DNA of 64,000 bases from Eledone cirrhosa (Eukaryota). Below, piece by piece: positions 1 through 15,000 of the stretch; the stretch's first letter is position 1; the number at the start of each line of letters is the position of its first letter. Location: the NCBI GenBank assembly GCA_964016885.1, contig OZ024741.1, forward strand, positions 31,930,001 through 31,994,000, in the 5' to 3' direction. Below the pieces are notes generated by a model that made no database searches, had not been told where the DNA came from, and worked only from the letters and a program-made list of their open reading frames with translations. Position numbers and translations under genes: made by a program.

Positions 1-1149
1 CACCAACACCAGTATCGTCAAGATACCTCACTCTGACACCAACACCAGTATCGTCAAGATACCTCACCCTGACACCAACACCAGTATCGTCAAGATACCT
101 CACTCTGACACCAACACCAGTATCGTCAAGATACCTCACTCTGACAACATCACCAATATCGTCAAGATACCTCACTCTGACAACATCACCAGTATCGTCA
201 AGATACCTCACTCTGACACCAACACCAGTATCGTCAAGATACCTCACTCTGACACCAACACCAGTATCGTCAAGATACCTCACTCTGACACCAACACCAG
301 TATCGTCAAGATACCTCACTCTGACACCAACACCAGTATCGTCAAGATACCTCACCCTGACACCAACACCAGTACCGTCAAGATACCTCACCCTGACACC
401 AACACCAGTATCGTCAAGGTACCTCACTCTGACACCAACACCAGTATCGTCAAGATACCTCACTCTGACACCAACAACAGTATCGTCAAGATACCTCACC
501 CTGACACCAACACCAGTATCGTCAAGATACCTCACTCTGACACCAACACCAGTATCGTCAAGATACCTCACTCTGACACCAACACCAGTATCGTCAAGAT
601 ACCTCACTCTGACACCAACACCAGTATCGTCAAGATACCTCACTCTGACAACATCACCAATATCGTCAAGATACCTCACTCTGACACCAACACCAGTATC
701 GTCAAGATACCTTACTCTGACACCAACACCAGTATCATCAAGATACCTCACTCTGACAACATCACCAATATCGTCAAGATACCTCACTCTGACAACATCA
801 CCAATATCGTCAAGATACCTCACTCTGACAACATCACCAGTATCGTCAAGATATCTCACTCTGACACCAACACCAGTATCGTCAAGATACCTCACTCTGA
901 CAACATCACCAGTATCGTCAGGATACCTCACTCTGACACCAACACCAGTATCGTCAAGATACCTCACTCTGACAACATCACCAGTAACGTCAAGATACCT
1001 CACTCTGACACCAACACCAGTATCGTCAAGATACCTCACTCTGACAACATCACCAATATCGTCAAGATACCTCACTCTGACAACATCACCAGTATCGTCA
1101 AGATACCTCACTCTGACACCAACACCAGTATCGTCAAGATACCTCACTC

Positions 1150-4100
1150 TGACACCAACACCAGTATCGTCAAGATACCTCACTCTGACACCAACACCAG
1201 TATCGTCAAGATACCTCACCCTGACACCAACACCAGTACCGTCAAGATACCTCACCCTGACACCAACACCAGTATCGTCAAGGTACCTCACTCTGACACC
1301 AACACCAGTATCGTCAAGATACCTCACTCTGACACCAACAACAGTATCGTCAAGATACCTCACCCTGACACCAACACCAGTATCGTCAAGATACCTCACT
1401 CTGACACCAACACCAGTATCGTCAAGATACCTCACTCTGACACCAACCCCAGTATCGTCAAGATACCTCACTCTGACAACATCACCAATATCGTCAAGAT
1501 ACCTCACTCTGACACCAACACCAGTATCGTCAAGATACCTCGCTCTGACACCAACACCAGTATCGTCTGGATACCTCAGCCTGACACCAACACCAGTATC
1601 GTCAAATACCTCACTCTGACAACATCACCAGTATCATCAGGATACCTCACCCTGACACCAACACCAGTATCGTCAAGATACCTCACCCTGACACCAACAC
1701 CAGTATCGTCAAGATACCTCACTTTGACAACATCACCAGTATCGTCAAGATACCTCACCCTGACACCAACACCAGTATCGTCAAGATACCTCACTCTGAC
1801 ACCAATCCCAGTATCGTCAAGATACCTCACTCTGACAACATCACCAGTATCGTCAGGATACCTCACTCTGACACCAACACCAGTATCGTCAAGATACCTC
1901 ACTCTGACAACATCACCAGTAACGTCAAGATACCTCACTCTGACAACATCACCAATATCGTCAAGATACCTCACTCTGACACCAACACCAGTATCGTCAA
2001 GATACCTCACTCTGACACCAACACCAGTATCGTCAAGATACCTCACTCTGACACCAACACCAGTATCGTCAAGATACCTCACTCTGACACCAACACCAGT
2101 ATCGTCAAGATACCTCACTCTGACAACATCACCAGTATCGTTAAGATACCTCACCCTGACACCAACACCAGTATCGTCAAGATACCTCACTCTGACACCA
2201 ACACCAGTATCGTCAAGATACCTCACCCTGACACCAACACCAGTATCGTCAGCATACCTCACCCTGACATCAACACCAGTATCGTCAGGATACCTCACTC
2301 TGACACCAACCCCAGTATCGTCAAGATACATAACTCTGACACCAACACCAGTATCGTCAAGATACCTCACTCTGACACCAACCCCAGTATCGTCAAGATA
2401 CCTCACCCTGACACCAACACCAGTATCGTCAAGATACCTCACCCTGACACCAACACCAGTATCGTCAGGATACCTCACCCTGACATCAACACCAGTATCG
2501 TCAGGATACCTCACCCTGACATCAACACCAGTATCGTCAGGATACCTCACCCTGACATCAACACAAGTATCGTCAGGATACCTCACCCTGACATCAACAC
2601 CAGTATCGTCAAGATACCTCACTCTGACACCAACACCAGTATCGTCAAGATACATAACTCTGACACCAACACCAGTATCGTCAAGATACCTCACTCTGAT
2701 ACCAACACCAGTATCGTCAAGATACCTCACTCTGACACCAACACCAGTATCGTCAAGATACCTCACTCTGACACCAACACCAGTATCGTCAAGATACCTC
2801 ACTCTGACACCAACACCAGTATCGTCAAGATACCTCACCCTGACACCAACACCAGTATCGTCAAGATACCTCACTCTGACACCAACACCAGTATCGTCAA
2901 GATACCTCACCCTGACACCAACACCAGTATCGTCAAGATACCTCACTCTGACACCAACACCAGTATCGTCAAGATACCTCACTCTGACAACATCACCAAT
3001 ATCGTCAAGATACCTCACTCTGACAACATCACCAGTATCGTCAAGATACCTCACTCTGACACCAACACCAGTATCGTCAAGATACCTCACTCTGACACCA
3101 ACACCAGTATCGTCAAGATACCTCACTCTGACACCAACACCAGTATCGTCAAGATACCTCACTCTGACACCAACACCAGTATCGTCAAGATACCTCACCC
3201 TGACACCAACACCAGTACCGTCAAGATACCTCACCCTGACACCAACACCAGTATCGTCAAGGTACCTCACTCTGACACCAACACCAGTATCGTCAAGATA
3301 CCTCACTCTGACACCAACAACAGTATCGTCAAGATACCTCACCCTGACACCAACACCAGTATCGTCAAGATACCTCACTCTGACACCAACACCAGTATCG
3401 TCAAGATACCTCACTCTGACACCAACCCCAGTATCGTCAAGATACCTCACTCTGACAACATCACCAATATCGTCAAGATACCTCACTCTGACACCAACAC
3501 CAGTATCGTCAAGATACCTCGCTCTGACACCAACACCAGTATCGTCTGGATACCTCAGCCTGACACCAACACCAGTATCGTCAAATACCTCACTCTGACA
3601 ACATCACCAGTATCATCAGGATACCTCACCCTGACACCAACACCAGTATCGTCAAGATACCTCACCCTGACACCAACACCAGTATCGTCAAGATACCTCA
3701 CTTTGACAACATCACCAGTATCGTCAAGATACCTCACCCTGACACCAACACCAGTATCGTCAAGATACCTCACTCTGACACCAATCCCAGTATCGTCAAG
3801 ATACCTCACTCTGACAACATCACCAGTATCGTCAGGATACCTCACTCTGACACCAACACCAGTATCGTCAAGATACCTCACTCTGACAACATCACCAGTA
3901 ACGTCAAGATACCTCACTCTGACAACATCACCAATATCGTCAAGATACCTCACTCTGACACCAACACCAGTATCGTCAAGATACCTCACTCTGACACCAA
4001 CACCAGTATCGTCAAGATACCTCACTCTGACACCAACACCAGTATCGTCAAGATACCTCACTCTGACACCAACACCAGTATCGTCAAGATACCTCACTCT

Positions 4101-5100
4101 GACAACATCACCAGTATCGTTAAGATACCTCACCCTGACACCAACACCAGTATCGTCAAGATACCTCACTCTGACACCAACACCAGTATCGTCAAGATAC
4201 CTCACCCTGACACCAACACCAGTATCGTCAGCATACCTCACCCTGACATCAACACCAGTATCGTCAGGATACCTCACTCTGACACCAACCCCAGTATCGT
4301 CAAGATACATAACTCTGACACCAACACCAGTATCGTCAAGATACCTCACTCTGACACCAACCCCAGTATCGTCAAGATACCTCACCCTGACACCAACACC
4401 AGTATCGTCAAGATACCTCACCCTGACACCAACACCAGTATCGTCAGGATACCTCACCCTGACATCAACACCAGTATCGTCAGGATACCTCACCCTGACA
4501 TCAACACCAGTATCGTCAGGATACCTCACCCTGACATCAACACAAGTATCGTCAGGATACCTCACCCTGACATCAACACCAGTATCGTCAAGATACCTCA
4601 CTCTGACACCAACACCAGTATCGTCAAGATACATAACTCTGACACCAACACCAGTATCGTCAAGATACCTCACTCTGATACCAACACCAGTATCGTCAAG
4701 ATACCTCACTCTGACACCAACACCAGTATCGTCAAGATACCTCACTCTGACACCAACTCCAGTATCGTCAAGATACCTCACTCTGACACCAACACCAGTA
4801 TCGTCAAGATACCTCACCCTGACACCAACACCAGTATCGTCAAGATACCTCACTCTGACACCAACACCAGTATCGTCAAGATACCTCACCCTGACACCAA
4901 CACCAGTATCGTCAAGATACCTCACTCTGACACCAACACCAGTATCGTCAAGATACCTCACTCTGACAACATCACCAATATCGTCAAGATACCTCACTCT
5001 GACAACATCACCAGTATCGTCAAGATACCTCACTCTGACACCAACACCAGTATCGTCAAGATACCTCACTCTGACACCAACACCAGTATCGTCAAGATAC
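1150..5100. repeat. Higher-order tandem duplication, period 1979 bp (55 units minus 1 bp)
   Basis: Rare variants recur 1979 bp apart: GGTACC at 1282 and 3261, deletion monomer at about 1605 and 3584, ORF ends at 1576 and 3555, ORF starts at 1724 and 3703. Boundaries are approximate. Confidence 0.85.
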
Positions 5101-8100
5101 CTCACTCTGACACCAACACCAGTATCGTCAAGATACCTCACTCTGACAACATCACCAATATCGTCAAGATAACTCACTCCGACAACATCACCAATATCGT
5201 CAAGATACCTCACTCTGACAACATCACCAGTATCGTCAAGATACCTCACTCTGACACCAACACCAGTATCGTCAAGATACCTCACTCTGACACCAACACC
5301 AGTATCGTCAAGATACCTCACTCTGACACCAACACCAGTATCGTCAAGATACCTCACTCTGACAACATCACCAATATCGTCAAGATACCTCACTCTGACA
5401 ACATCACCAATATCGTCAAGATACCTCACTCCGACAACATCACCAATATCGTCAAGATACCTCACTCTGACAACATCACCAATATCGTCAAGATACCTCA
5501 CTCTGACACCAACACCAGTATCGTCAAGATACCTCACTCTAACAACATCACCAATATCGTCAAGATACCTCACTCTGACAACATCACCAATATCGTCAAG
5601 ATACCTCACTCTGACACCAACACCAGTATCGTCAAGATACCTCACTCTGACAACATCACCAATATCGTCAAGATACCTCACTCTGACAACATCACCAGTA
5701 TCGTCAAGATACCTCACTCTGACACCAACACCAGTATCGTCAAGATATCTCACTCTGACAACAACACCAGTATCGTCAAGATACCTCACTCTAACAACAT
5801 CACCAGTATCGTCAGGATACCTCACTCTGACACCAACACCAGTATCGTCAGGTTACCTCACTCTGACACCAACACCAGTATCGTCAAGATACCTCACTCT
5901 GACACCAACACCAGTATCGTCAAGATACCTCATTCTGACACCAACACCAGTATCGTCAAGATACCTCACTCTGACAACATCACCAGTAACGTCAAGATAC
6001 CTCACTCTGACACCAACACCAGTATCGTCAAGATACCTCACTCTGACAACATCACCAGTAACGTCAAGATACCTCACTCTGACACCAACACCAGTATCGT
6101 CAAGATACCTCACTCTGACACCAACACCAGTATCGTCAAGATACCTCACTCTGACACCAACACCAGTATCGTCAAGATACCTCACTCTGACACCAACACC
6201 AGTATCGTCAAGATACCTCACTCTGACAACATCACCAGTAACGTCAAGATACCTAACTCTGACACCAACACCAGTATCGTCAAGATACCTCACTCTGATA
6301 CCAACACCAGTATCGTCAAGATACCTCACTCTGACACCAACACCAGTATCGTCAAGATACCTCACTCTGACACCAACCCCAGTATCGTCAAGATACCTCA
6401 CTCTGACAACATCACCAATATCGTCAAGATACCTCACTCTGACACCAACACCAGTATCGTCAAGATACCTCGCTCTGACACCAACACCAGTATCGTCTGG
6501 ATACCTCAGCCTGACACCAACACCAGTATCGTCAAATACCTCACTCTGACAACATCACCAGTATCATCAGGATACCTCACCCTGACACCAACACCAGTAT
6601 CGTCAAGATACCTCACCCTGACACCAACACCAGTATCGTCAAGATACCTCACTTTGACAACATCACCAGTATCGTCAAGATACCTCACCCTGACACCAAC
6701 ACCAGTATCGTCAAGATACCTCACTCTGACACCAATCCCAGTATCGTCAAGATACCTCACTCTGACAACATCACCAGTATCGTCAGGATACCTCACTCTG
6801 ACACCAACACCAGTATCGTCAAGATACCTCACTCTGACAACATCACCAGTAACGTCAAGATACCTCACTCTGACAACATCACCAATATCGTCAAGATACC
6901 TCACTCTGACACCAACACCAGTATCGTCAAGATACCTCACTCTGACACCAACACCAGTATCGTCAAGATACCTCACTCTGACACCAACACCAGTATCGTC
7001 AAGATACCTCACTCTGACACCAACACCAGTATCGTCAAGATACCTCACTCTGACAACATCACCAGTATCGTTAAGATACCTCACCCTGACACCAACACCA
7101 GTATCGTCAAGATACCTTACTCTGACACCAACACCAGTATCGTCAAGATACCTCACCCTGACACCAACACCAGTATCGTCAGCATACCTCACCCTGACAT
7201 CAACACCAGTATCGTCAGGATACCTCACTCTGACACCAACCCCAGTATCGTCAAGATACCTCACTCTGACACCAACCCCAGTATCGTCAAGATACCTCAC
7301 CCTGACACCAACACCAGTATCGTCAAGATACCTCACCCTGACACCAACACCAGTATCGTCAGGATACCTCACCCTGACATCAACACCAGTATCGTCAGGA
7401 TACCTCACCCTGACATCAACACCAGTATCGTCAGGATACCTCACCCTGACATCAACACAAGTATCGTCAGGATACCTCACCCTGACATCAACACCAGTAT
7501 CGTCAAGATACCTCACTCTGACACCAACACCAGTATCGTCAAGATACATAACTCTGACACCAACACCAGTATCGTCAAGATACCTCACTCTGACACCAAC
7601 ACCAGTATCGTCAAGATACCTCACTCTGACACCAACACCAGTATCGTCAAGATACCTCACTCTGACAACATCACCAATATCGTCAAGATACCTCACTCTG
7701 ACACCAACACCAGTATCGTCAAGATACCTTACTCTGACACCAACACCAGTATCATCAAGATACCTCACTCTGACAACATCACCAATATCGTCAAGATACC
7801 TCACTCTGACAACATCACCAATATCGTCAAGATACCTCACTCTGACAACATCACCAGTATCGTCAAGATATCTCACTCTGACACCAACACCAGTATCGTC
7901 AAGATACCTCACTCTGACAACATCACCAGTATCGTCAGGATACCTCACTCTGACACCAACACCAGTATCGTCAAGATACCTCACTCTGACACCAACACCA
8001 GTATCGTCAAGATACCTCACTCTGACACCAACCCCAGTATCGTCAAGATACCTCACTCTGACACCAACACCAGTATCGTCAAGATACCTCACTCTGACAC

Positions 8101-9084
8101 CAACACCAGTATCGTCAAGATACCTCACTCTGACACCAACACCAGTATCGTCAAGATACCTCACCCTGACACCAACACCAGTACCGTCAAGATACCTCAC
8201 CCTGACACCAACACCAGTATCGTCAAGGTACCTCACTCTGACACCAACACCAGTATCGTCAAGATACCTCACTCTGACACCAACAACAGTATCGTCAAGA
8301 TACCTCACCCTGACACCAACACCAGTATCGTCAAGATACCTCACTCTGACACCAACACCAGTATCGTCAAGATACCTCACTCTGACACCAACCCCAGTAT
8401 CGTCAAGATACCTCACTCTGACAACATCACCAATATCGTCAAGATACCTCACTCTGACACCAACACCAGTATCGTCAAGATACCTCGCTCTGACACCAAC
8501 ACCAGTATCGTCTGGATACCTCAGCCTGACACCAACACCAGTATCGTCAAATACCTCACTCTGACAACATCACCAGTATCATCAGGATACCTCACCCTGA
8601 CACCAACACCAGTATCGTCAAGATACCTCACCCTGACACCAACACCAGTATCGTCAAGATACCTCACTTTGACAACATCACCAGTATCGTCAAGATACCT
8701 CACCCTGACACCAACACCAGTATCGTCAAGATACCTCACTCTGACACCAATCCCAGTATCGTCAAGATACCTCACTCTGACAACATCACCAGTATCGTCA
8801 GGATACCTCACTCTGACACCAACACCAGTATCGTCAAGATACCTCACTCTGACAACATCACCAGTAACGTCAAGATACCTCACTCTGACAACATCACCAA
8901 TATCGTCAAGATACCTCACTCTGACACCAACACCAGTATCGTCAAGATACCTCACTCTGACACCAACACCAGTATCGTCAAGATACCTCACTCTGACACC
9001 AACACCAGTATCGTCAAGATACCTCACTCTGACACCAACACCAGTATCGTCAAGATACCTCACTCTGACAACATCACCAGTATC

Positions 9085-12000
9085 GTTAAGATACCTCACC
9101 CTGACACCAACACCAGTATCGTCAAGATACCTCACTCTGACACCAACACCAGTATCGTCAAGATACCTCACCCTGACACCAACACCAGTATCGTCAGCAT
9201 ACCTCACCCTGACATCAACACCAGTATCGTCAGGATACCTCACTCTGACACCAACCCCAGTATCGTCAAGATACATAACTCTGACACCAACACCAGTATC
9301 GTCAAGATACCTCACTCTGACACCAACCCCAGTATCGTCAAGATACCTCACCCTGACACCAACACCAGTATCGTCAAGATACCTCACCCTGACACCAACA
9401 CCAGTATCGTCAGGATACCTCACCCTGACATCAACACCAGTATCGTCAGGATACCTCACCCTGACATCAACACCAGTATCGTCAGGATACCTCACCCTGA
9501 CATCAACACAAGTATCGTCAGGATACCTCACCCTGACATCAACACCAGTATCGTCAAGATACCTCACTCTGACACCAACACCAGTATCGTCAAGATACAT
9601 AACTCTGACACCAACACCAGTATCGTCAAGATACCTCACTCTGACACCAACACCAGTATCGTCAAGATACCTCACTCTGACACCAACACCAGTATCGTCA
9701 AGATACCTCACTCTGACAACATCACCAATATCGTCAAGATACCTAACTCTGACACCAACACCAGTATCGTCAAGATACCTTACTCTGACACCAACACCAG
9801 TATCATCAAGATACCTCACTCTGACAACATCACCAATATCGTCAAGATACCTCACTCTGACAACATCACCAATATCGTCAAGATACCTCACTCTGACAAC
9901 ATCACCAGTATCGTCAAGATATCTCACTCTGACACCAACACCAGTATCGTCAAGATACCTCACTCTGACAACATCACCAGTATCGTCAGGATACCTCACT
10001 CTGACACCAACACCAGTATCGTCAAGATACCTCACTCTAACAACATCACCAGTAACGTCAAGATACCTCACTCTGACACCAACACCAGTATCGTCAAGAT
10101 ACCTCACTCTGACACCAACACCAGTATCGTCAAGATACCTCACTCTGACACCAACCCCAGTATCGTCAAGATACCTCACTCTGACACCAACACCAGTATC
10201 GTCAAGATACCTCACTCTGACACCAACACCAGTATCGTCAAGATACCTCACTCTGACACCAACACCAGTATCGTCAAGATACCTCACCCTGACACCAACA
10301 CCAGTACCGTCAAGATACCTCACCCTGACACCAACACCAGTATCGTCAAGGTACCTCACTCTGACACCAACACCAGTATCGTCAAGATACCTCACTCTGA
10401 CACCAACAACAGTATCGTCAAGATACCTCACCCTGACACCAACACCAGTATCGTCAAGATACCTCACTCTGACACCAACACCAGTATCGTCAAGATACCT
10501 CACTCTGACACCAACACCAGTATCGTCAAGATACCTCACTCTGACACCAACACCAGTATCGTCAAGATACCTCACTCTGAAACCAACACCAGTATCGTCA
10601 AGATACCTCACCCTGACACCAACACCAGTATCGTCAAGATACCTCACTCTGACACCAACACCAGTATCGTCAAGATACCTCACCCTGACACCAACACCAG
10701 TATCGTCAAGATACCTCACTCTGACAACATCACCAATATCGTCAAGATACCTCACTCTGACAACATCACCAATATCGTCAAGATACCTCACTCTGACACC
10801 AACACCAGTATCGTCAAGATACCTCACTCTGACACCAACACCAGTATCGTCAAGATACCTCACCCTGACACCAACACCAGTATCGTCAAGATACCTCACT
10901 CTGACAACATCACCAATATCGTCAAGATACCTCACTCTGACAACATCACCAATATCGTCAAGATACCTCACTCTGACACCAACCCCAGTATCCTCAAGAT
11001 ACCTCACCCTGACACCAACACCAGTATCGTCAAGATACCTCACTCTGACACCAACACCAGTATCGTCAAGATACCTCACTCTGACACCAACACCAGTATC
11101 GTCAAGATACCGCACTCTGACACCAACACCAGTATCGTCAAGATACCTCACTCTGACACCAACACCAGTATCGTCAAGATACCTCACTCTGACAACATCA
11201 CCAGTATCGTCAAGATACTTCACTCTGACACCAACACCAGTATCGTCAAGATACCTCACTCTGACACCAACACCAGTATCGTCAAGATACCTCACTCTGA
11301 CACCAACACCAGTATCGTCAAATACCTCACTCTGACACCAACACCAGTATCGTCAAGATACCTCACTCTGACACCAACACCAGTATCGTCAAGATACCTC
11401 ACTCTGACAACATCACCAGTATCGTCAAGATACCTCACTCTGACACCAACACCAGTATCGTCAAGATACCTCACTCTGACACCAACACCAGTATCGTCAA
11501 GATACCTCACTCTGACAACATCACCAGTATCGTCAAGATACCTCACTCTGACACCAACACCAGTATCGTCAAGATACCCCACTCTGACACCAACACCAGT
11601 ATCGTCAAGATACCTCACTCTGACACCATCACCAGTATCGTCAAGATACCTCACTCTGAAACCATCACCAGTATCGTCAAGAAACCTCACTCTGACAACA
11701 TCACCAGTATCGTCAAGATACCTCACGCTGACACCAACACCAGTATCGTCAAGATACCTCACTCTGACACCAACACCAGTATCGTCAAGATATCTCACTC
11801 TGACACCATCACCAGTATCGTCAAGATACCATCACTCTGACACCATCACCAGTATCGTCAAGATACCTCACTCTGACACCATCACCAGTATCGTCAAGAT
11901 ACCTCACTCTGACACCAACACCAGTATCGTCAAGATACCTCACTCTGACACCATCACCAGTATCGTCAAGATACCTCACTCTGACAACATCCCCAGTATC

Positions 12001-15000
12001 GTCAAGATACCTCACCCTGACACCAACACCAATATCGTCAAGATACATCACTCTGACAACATCACCAGTATCGTCAAGATACCTCACTCTGACAATATCA
12101 CCAGTATCGTCAAGATACCTCACTCTGACACCAACACCAGTATCGTCAAGATACCTCACTCTGACAACATCACCAGTAGCGTCAAGATACCTCACTCTGA
12201 CACCAACACCAGTATCGTCAAGATACCTCACTCTGACACCAACACCAGTATCGTCAAGATACCTCACTCTGACACCAACACCAGTATCGTCAAGATACCT
12301 CACTCTGACACCAACACCAGTATCGTCAAGATACCTCACTCTGACAACATCACCAGTAGCGTCAAGATACCTCACTCTGACACCAACACCAGTATCGTCA
12401 AGATACCTCACTCTGACACCAACACCAGTATCGTCAAGATACCTCACCCTGACACCAACACCAGTATCGTCAAGATACCTCACTCTGATACCAACACCAG
12501 TATCGTCAAGATACCTCACTCTGACAACATCACCAATATCGTCAAGATACCTCACTCTGACAACATCACCAATATCGTCAAGATACCTCACTCTGACACC
12601 AACACCAGTATCGTCAAGATACCTCACTCTGACAACATCACCAATATCGTCAAGATACCTCACTCTGACAACATCACCAATATCGTCAAGATACCTCACT
12701 CCGACAACATCACCAATATCGTCAAGATACCTCACTCTGACAACATCACCAATATCGTCAAGATACCTCACTCTGACACCAACACCAGTATCGTCAAGAT
12801 ACCTCACTCTAACAACATCACCAATATCGTCAAGATACCTCACTCTGACAACATCACCAATATCGTCAAGATACCTCACTCTGACACCAACACCAGTATC
12901 GTCAAGATACCTCACTCTGACAACATCACCAATATTGTCAAGATACCTCACTCTGACAACATCACCAGTATCGTCAAGATACCTCACTCTGACACCAACA
13001 CCAGTATCGTCAAGATATCTCACTCTGACAACAACACCAGTATCGTCAAGATACCTCACTCTAACAACATCACCAGTATCGTCAGGATACCTCACTCTGA
13101 CACCAACACCAGTATCGTCAGGTTACCTCACTCTGACACCAACACCAGTATCGTCAAGATACCTCACTCTGACACCAACACCAGTATCGTCAAGATACCT
13201 CATTCTGACACCAACACCAGTATCGTCAAGATACCTCACTCTGACAACATCACCAGTAACGTCAAGATACCTCACTCTGACACCAACACCAGTATCGTCA
13301 AGATACCTCACTCTGACAACATCACCAGTAACGTCAAGATACCTCACTCTGACACCAACACCAGTATCATCAAGATACCTCACTCTGACACCAACACCAG
13401 TATCGTCAAGATACCTCACTCTGACACCAACACCAGTATCGTCAAGATACCTCACTCTGACACCAACACCAGTATCGTCAAGATACCTCACTCTGACAAC
13501 ATCACCAGTAACGTCAAGATACCTCACTCTGACACCAACACCAGTATCGTCAAGATACCTCACTCTGATACCAACACCAGTATCGTCAAGATACCTCACT
13601 CTGACACCAACACCAGTATCGTCAAGATACCTCACTCTGACACCAACCCCAGTATCGTCAAAATACCTCACTCTGACAACATCACCAATATCGTCAAGAT
13701 ACCTCACTCTGACACCAACACCAGTATCGTCAAGATACCTCGCTCTGACACCAACACCAGTATCGTCTGGATACCTCAGCCTGACACCAACACCAGTATC
13801 GTCAAATACCTCACTCTGACAACATCACCAGTATCATCAGGATACCTCACCCTGACACCAACACCAGTATCGTCAAGATACCTCACCCTGACACCAACAC
13901 CAGTATCGTCAAGATACCTCACTTTGACAACATCACCAGTATCGTCAAGATACCTCACCCTGACACCAACACCAGTATCGTCAAGATATCTCACTCTGAC
14001 ACCAATCCCAGTATCGTCAAGATACCTCACTCTGACAACATCACCAGTATCGTCAGGATACCTCACTCTGACAACATCACCAGTATCGTTAAGATACCTC
14101 AGCCTGACACCAACACCAGTATCGTCAAGATACCTCACTCTGACACCAACACCAGTATCGTCAAGATACCTCACCCTGACACCAACACCAGTATCGTCAG
14201 CATACCTCACCCTGACATCAACACCAGTATCGTCAGGATACCTCACTCTGACACCAACCCCAGTATCGTCAAGATACATAACTCTGACACCAACACCAGT
14301 ATCGTCAAGATACCTCACTCTGACACCAACCCCAGTATCGTCAAGATACCTCACCCTGACACCAACACCAGTATCGTCAAGATACCTCACCCTGACACCA
14401 ACACCAGTATCGTCAGGATACCTCACCCTGACATCAACACCAGTATCGTCAGGATACCTCACCCTGACATCAACACCAGTATCGTCAGGATACCTCACCC
14501 TGACATCAACACAAGTATCGTCAGGATACCTCACCCTGACATCAACACCAGTATCGTCAAGATACCTCACTCTGACACCAACACCAGTATCGTCAAGATA
14601 CATAACTCTGACACCAACACCAGTATCGTCAAGATACCTCACTCTGACACCAACACCAGTATCGTCAAGATACCTCACTCTGACACCAACACCAGTATCG
14701 TCAAGATACCTCACTCTGACAACATCACCAATATCGTCAAGATACCTCACTCTGACACCAACACCAGTATCGTCAAGATACCTTACTCTGACACCAACAC
14801 CAGTATCATCAAGATACCTCACTCTGACAACATCACCAATATCGTCAAGATACCTCACTCTGACAACATCACCAATATCGTCAAGATACCTCACTCTGAC
14901 AACATCACCAGTATCGTCAAGATATCTCACTCTGACACCAACACCAGTATCGTCAAGATACCTCACTCTGACAACATCACCAGTATCGTCAGGATACCTC

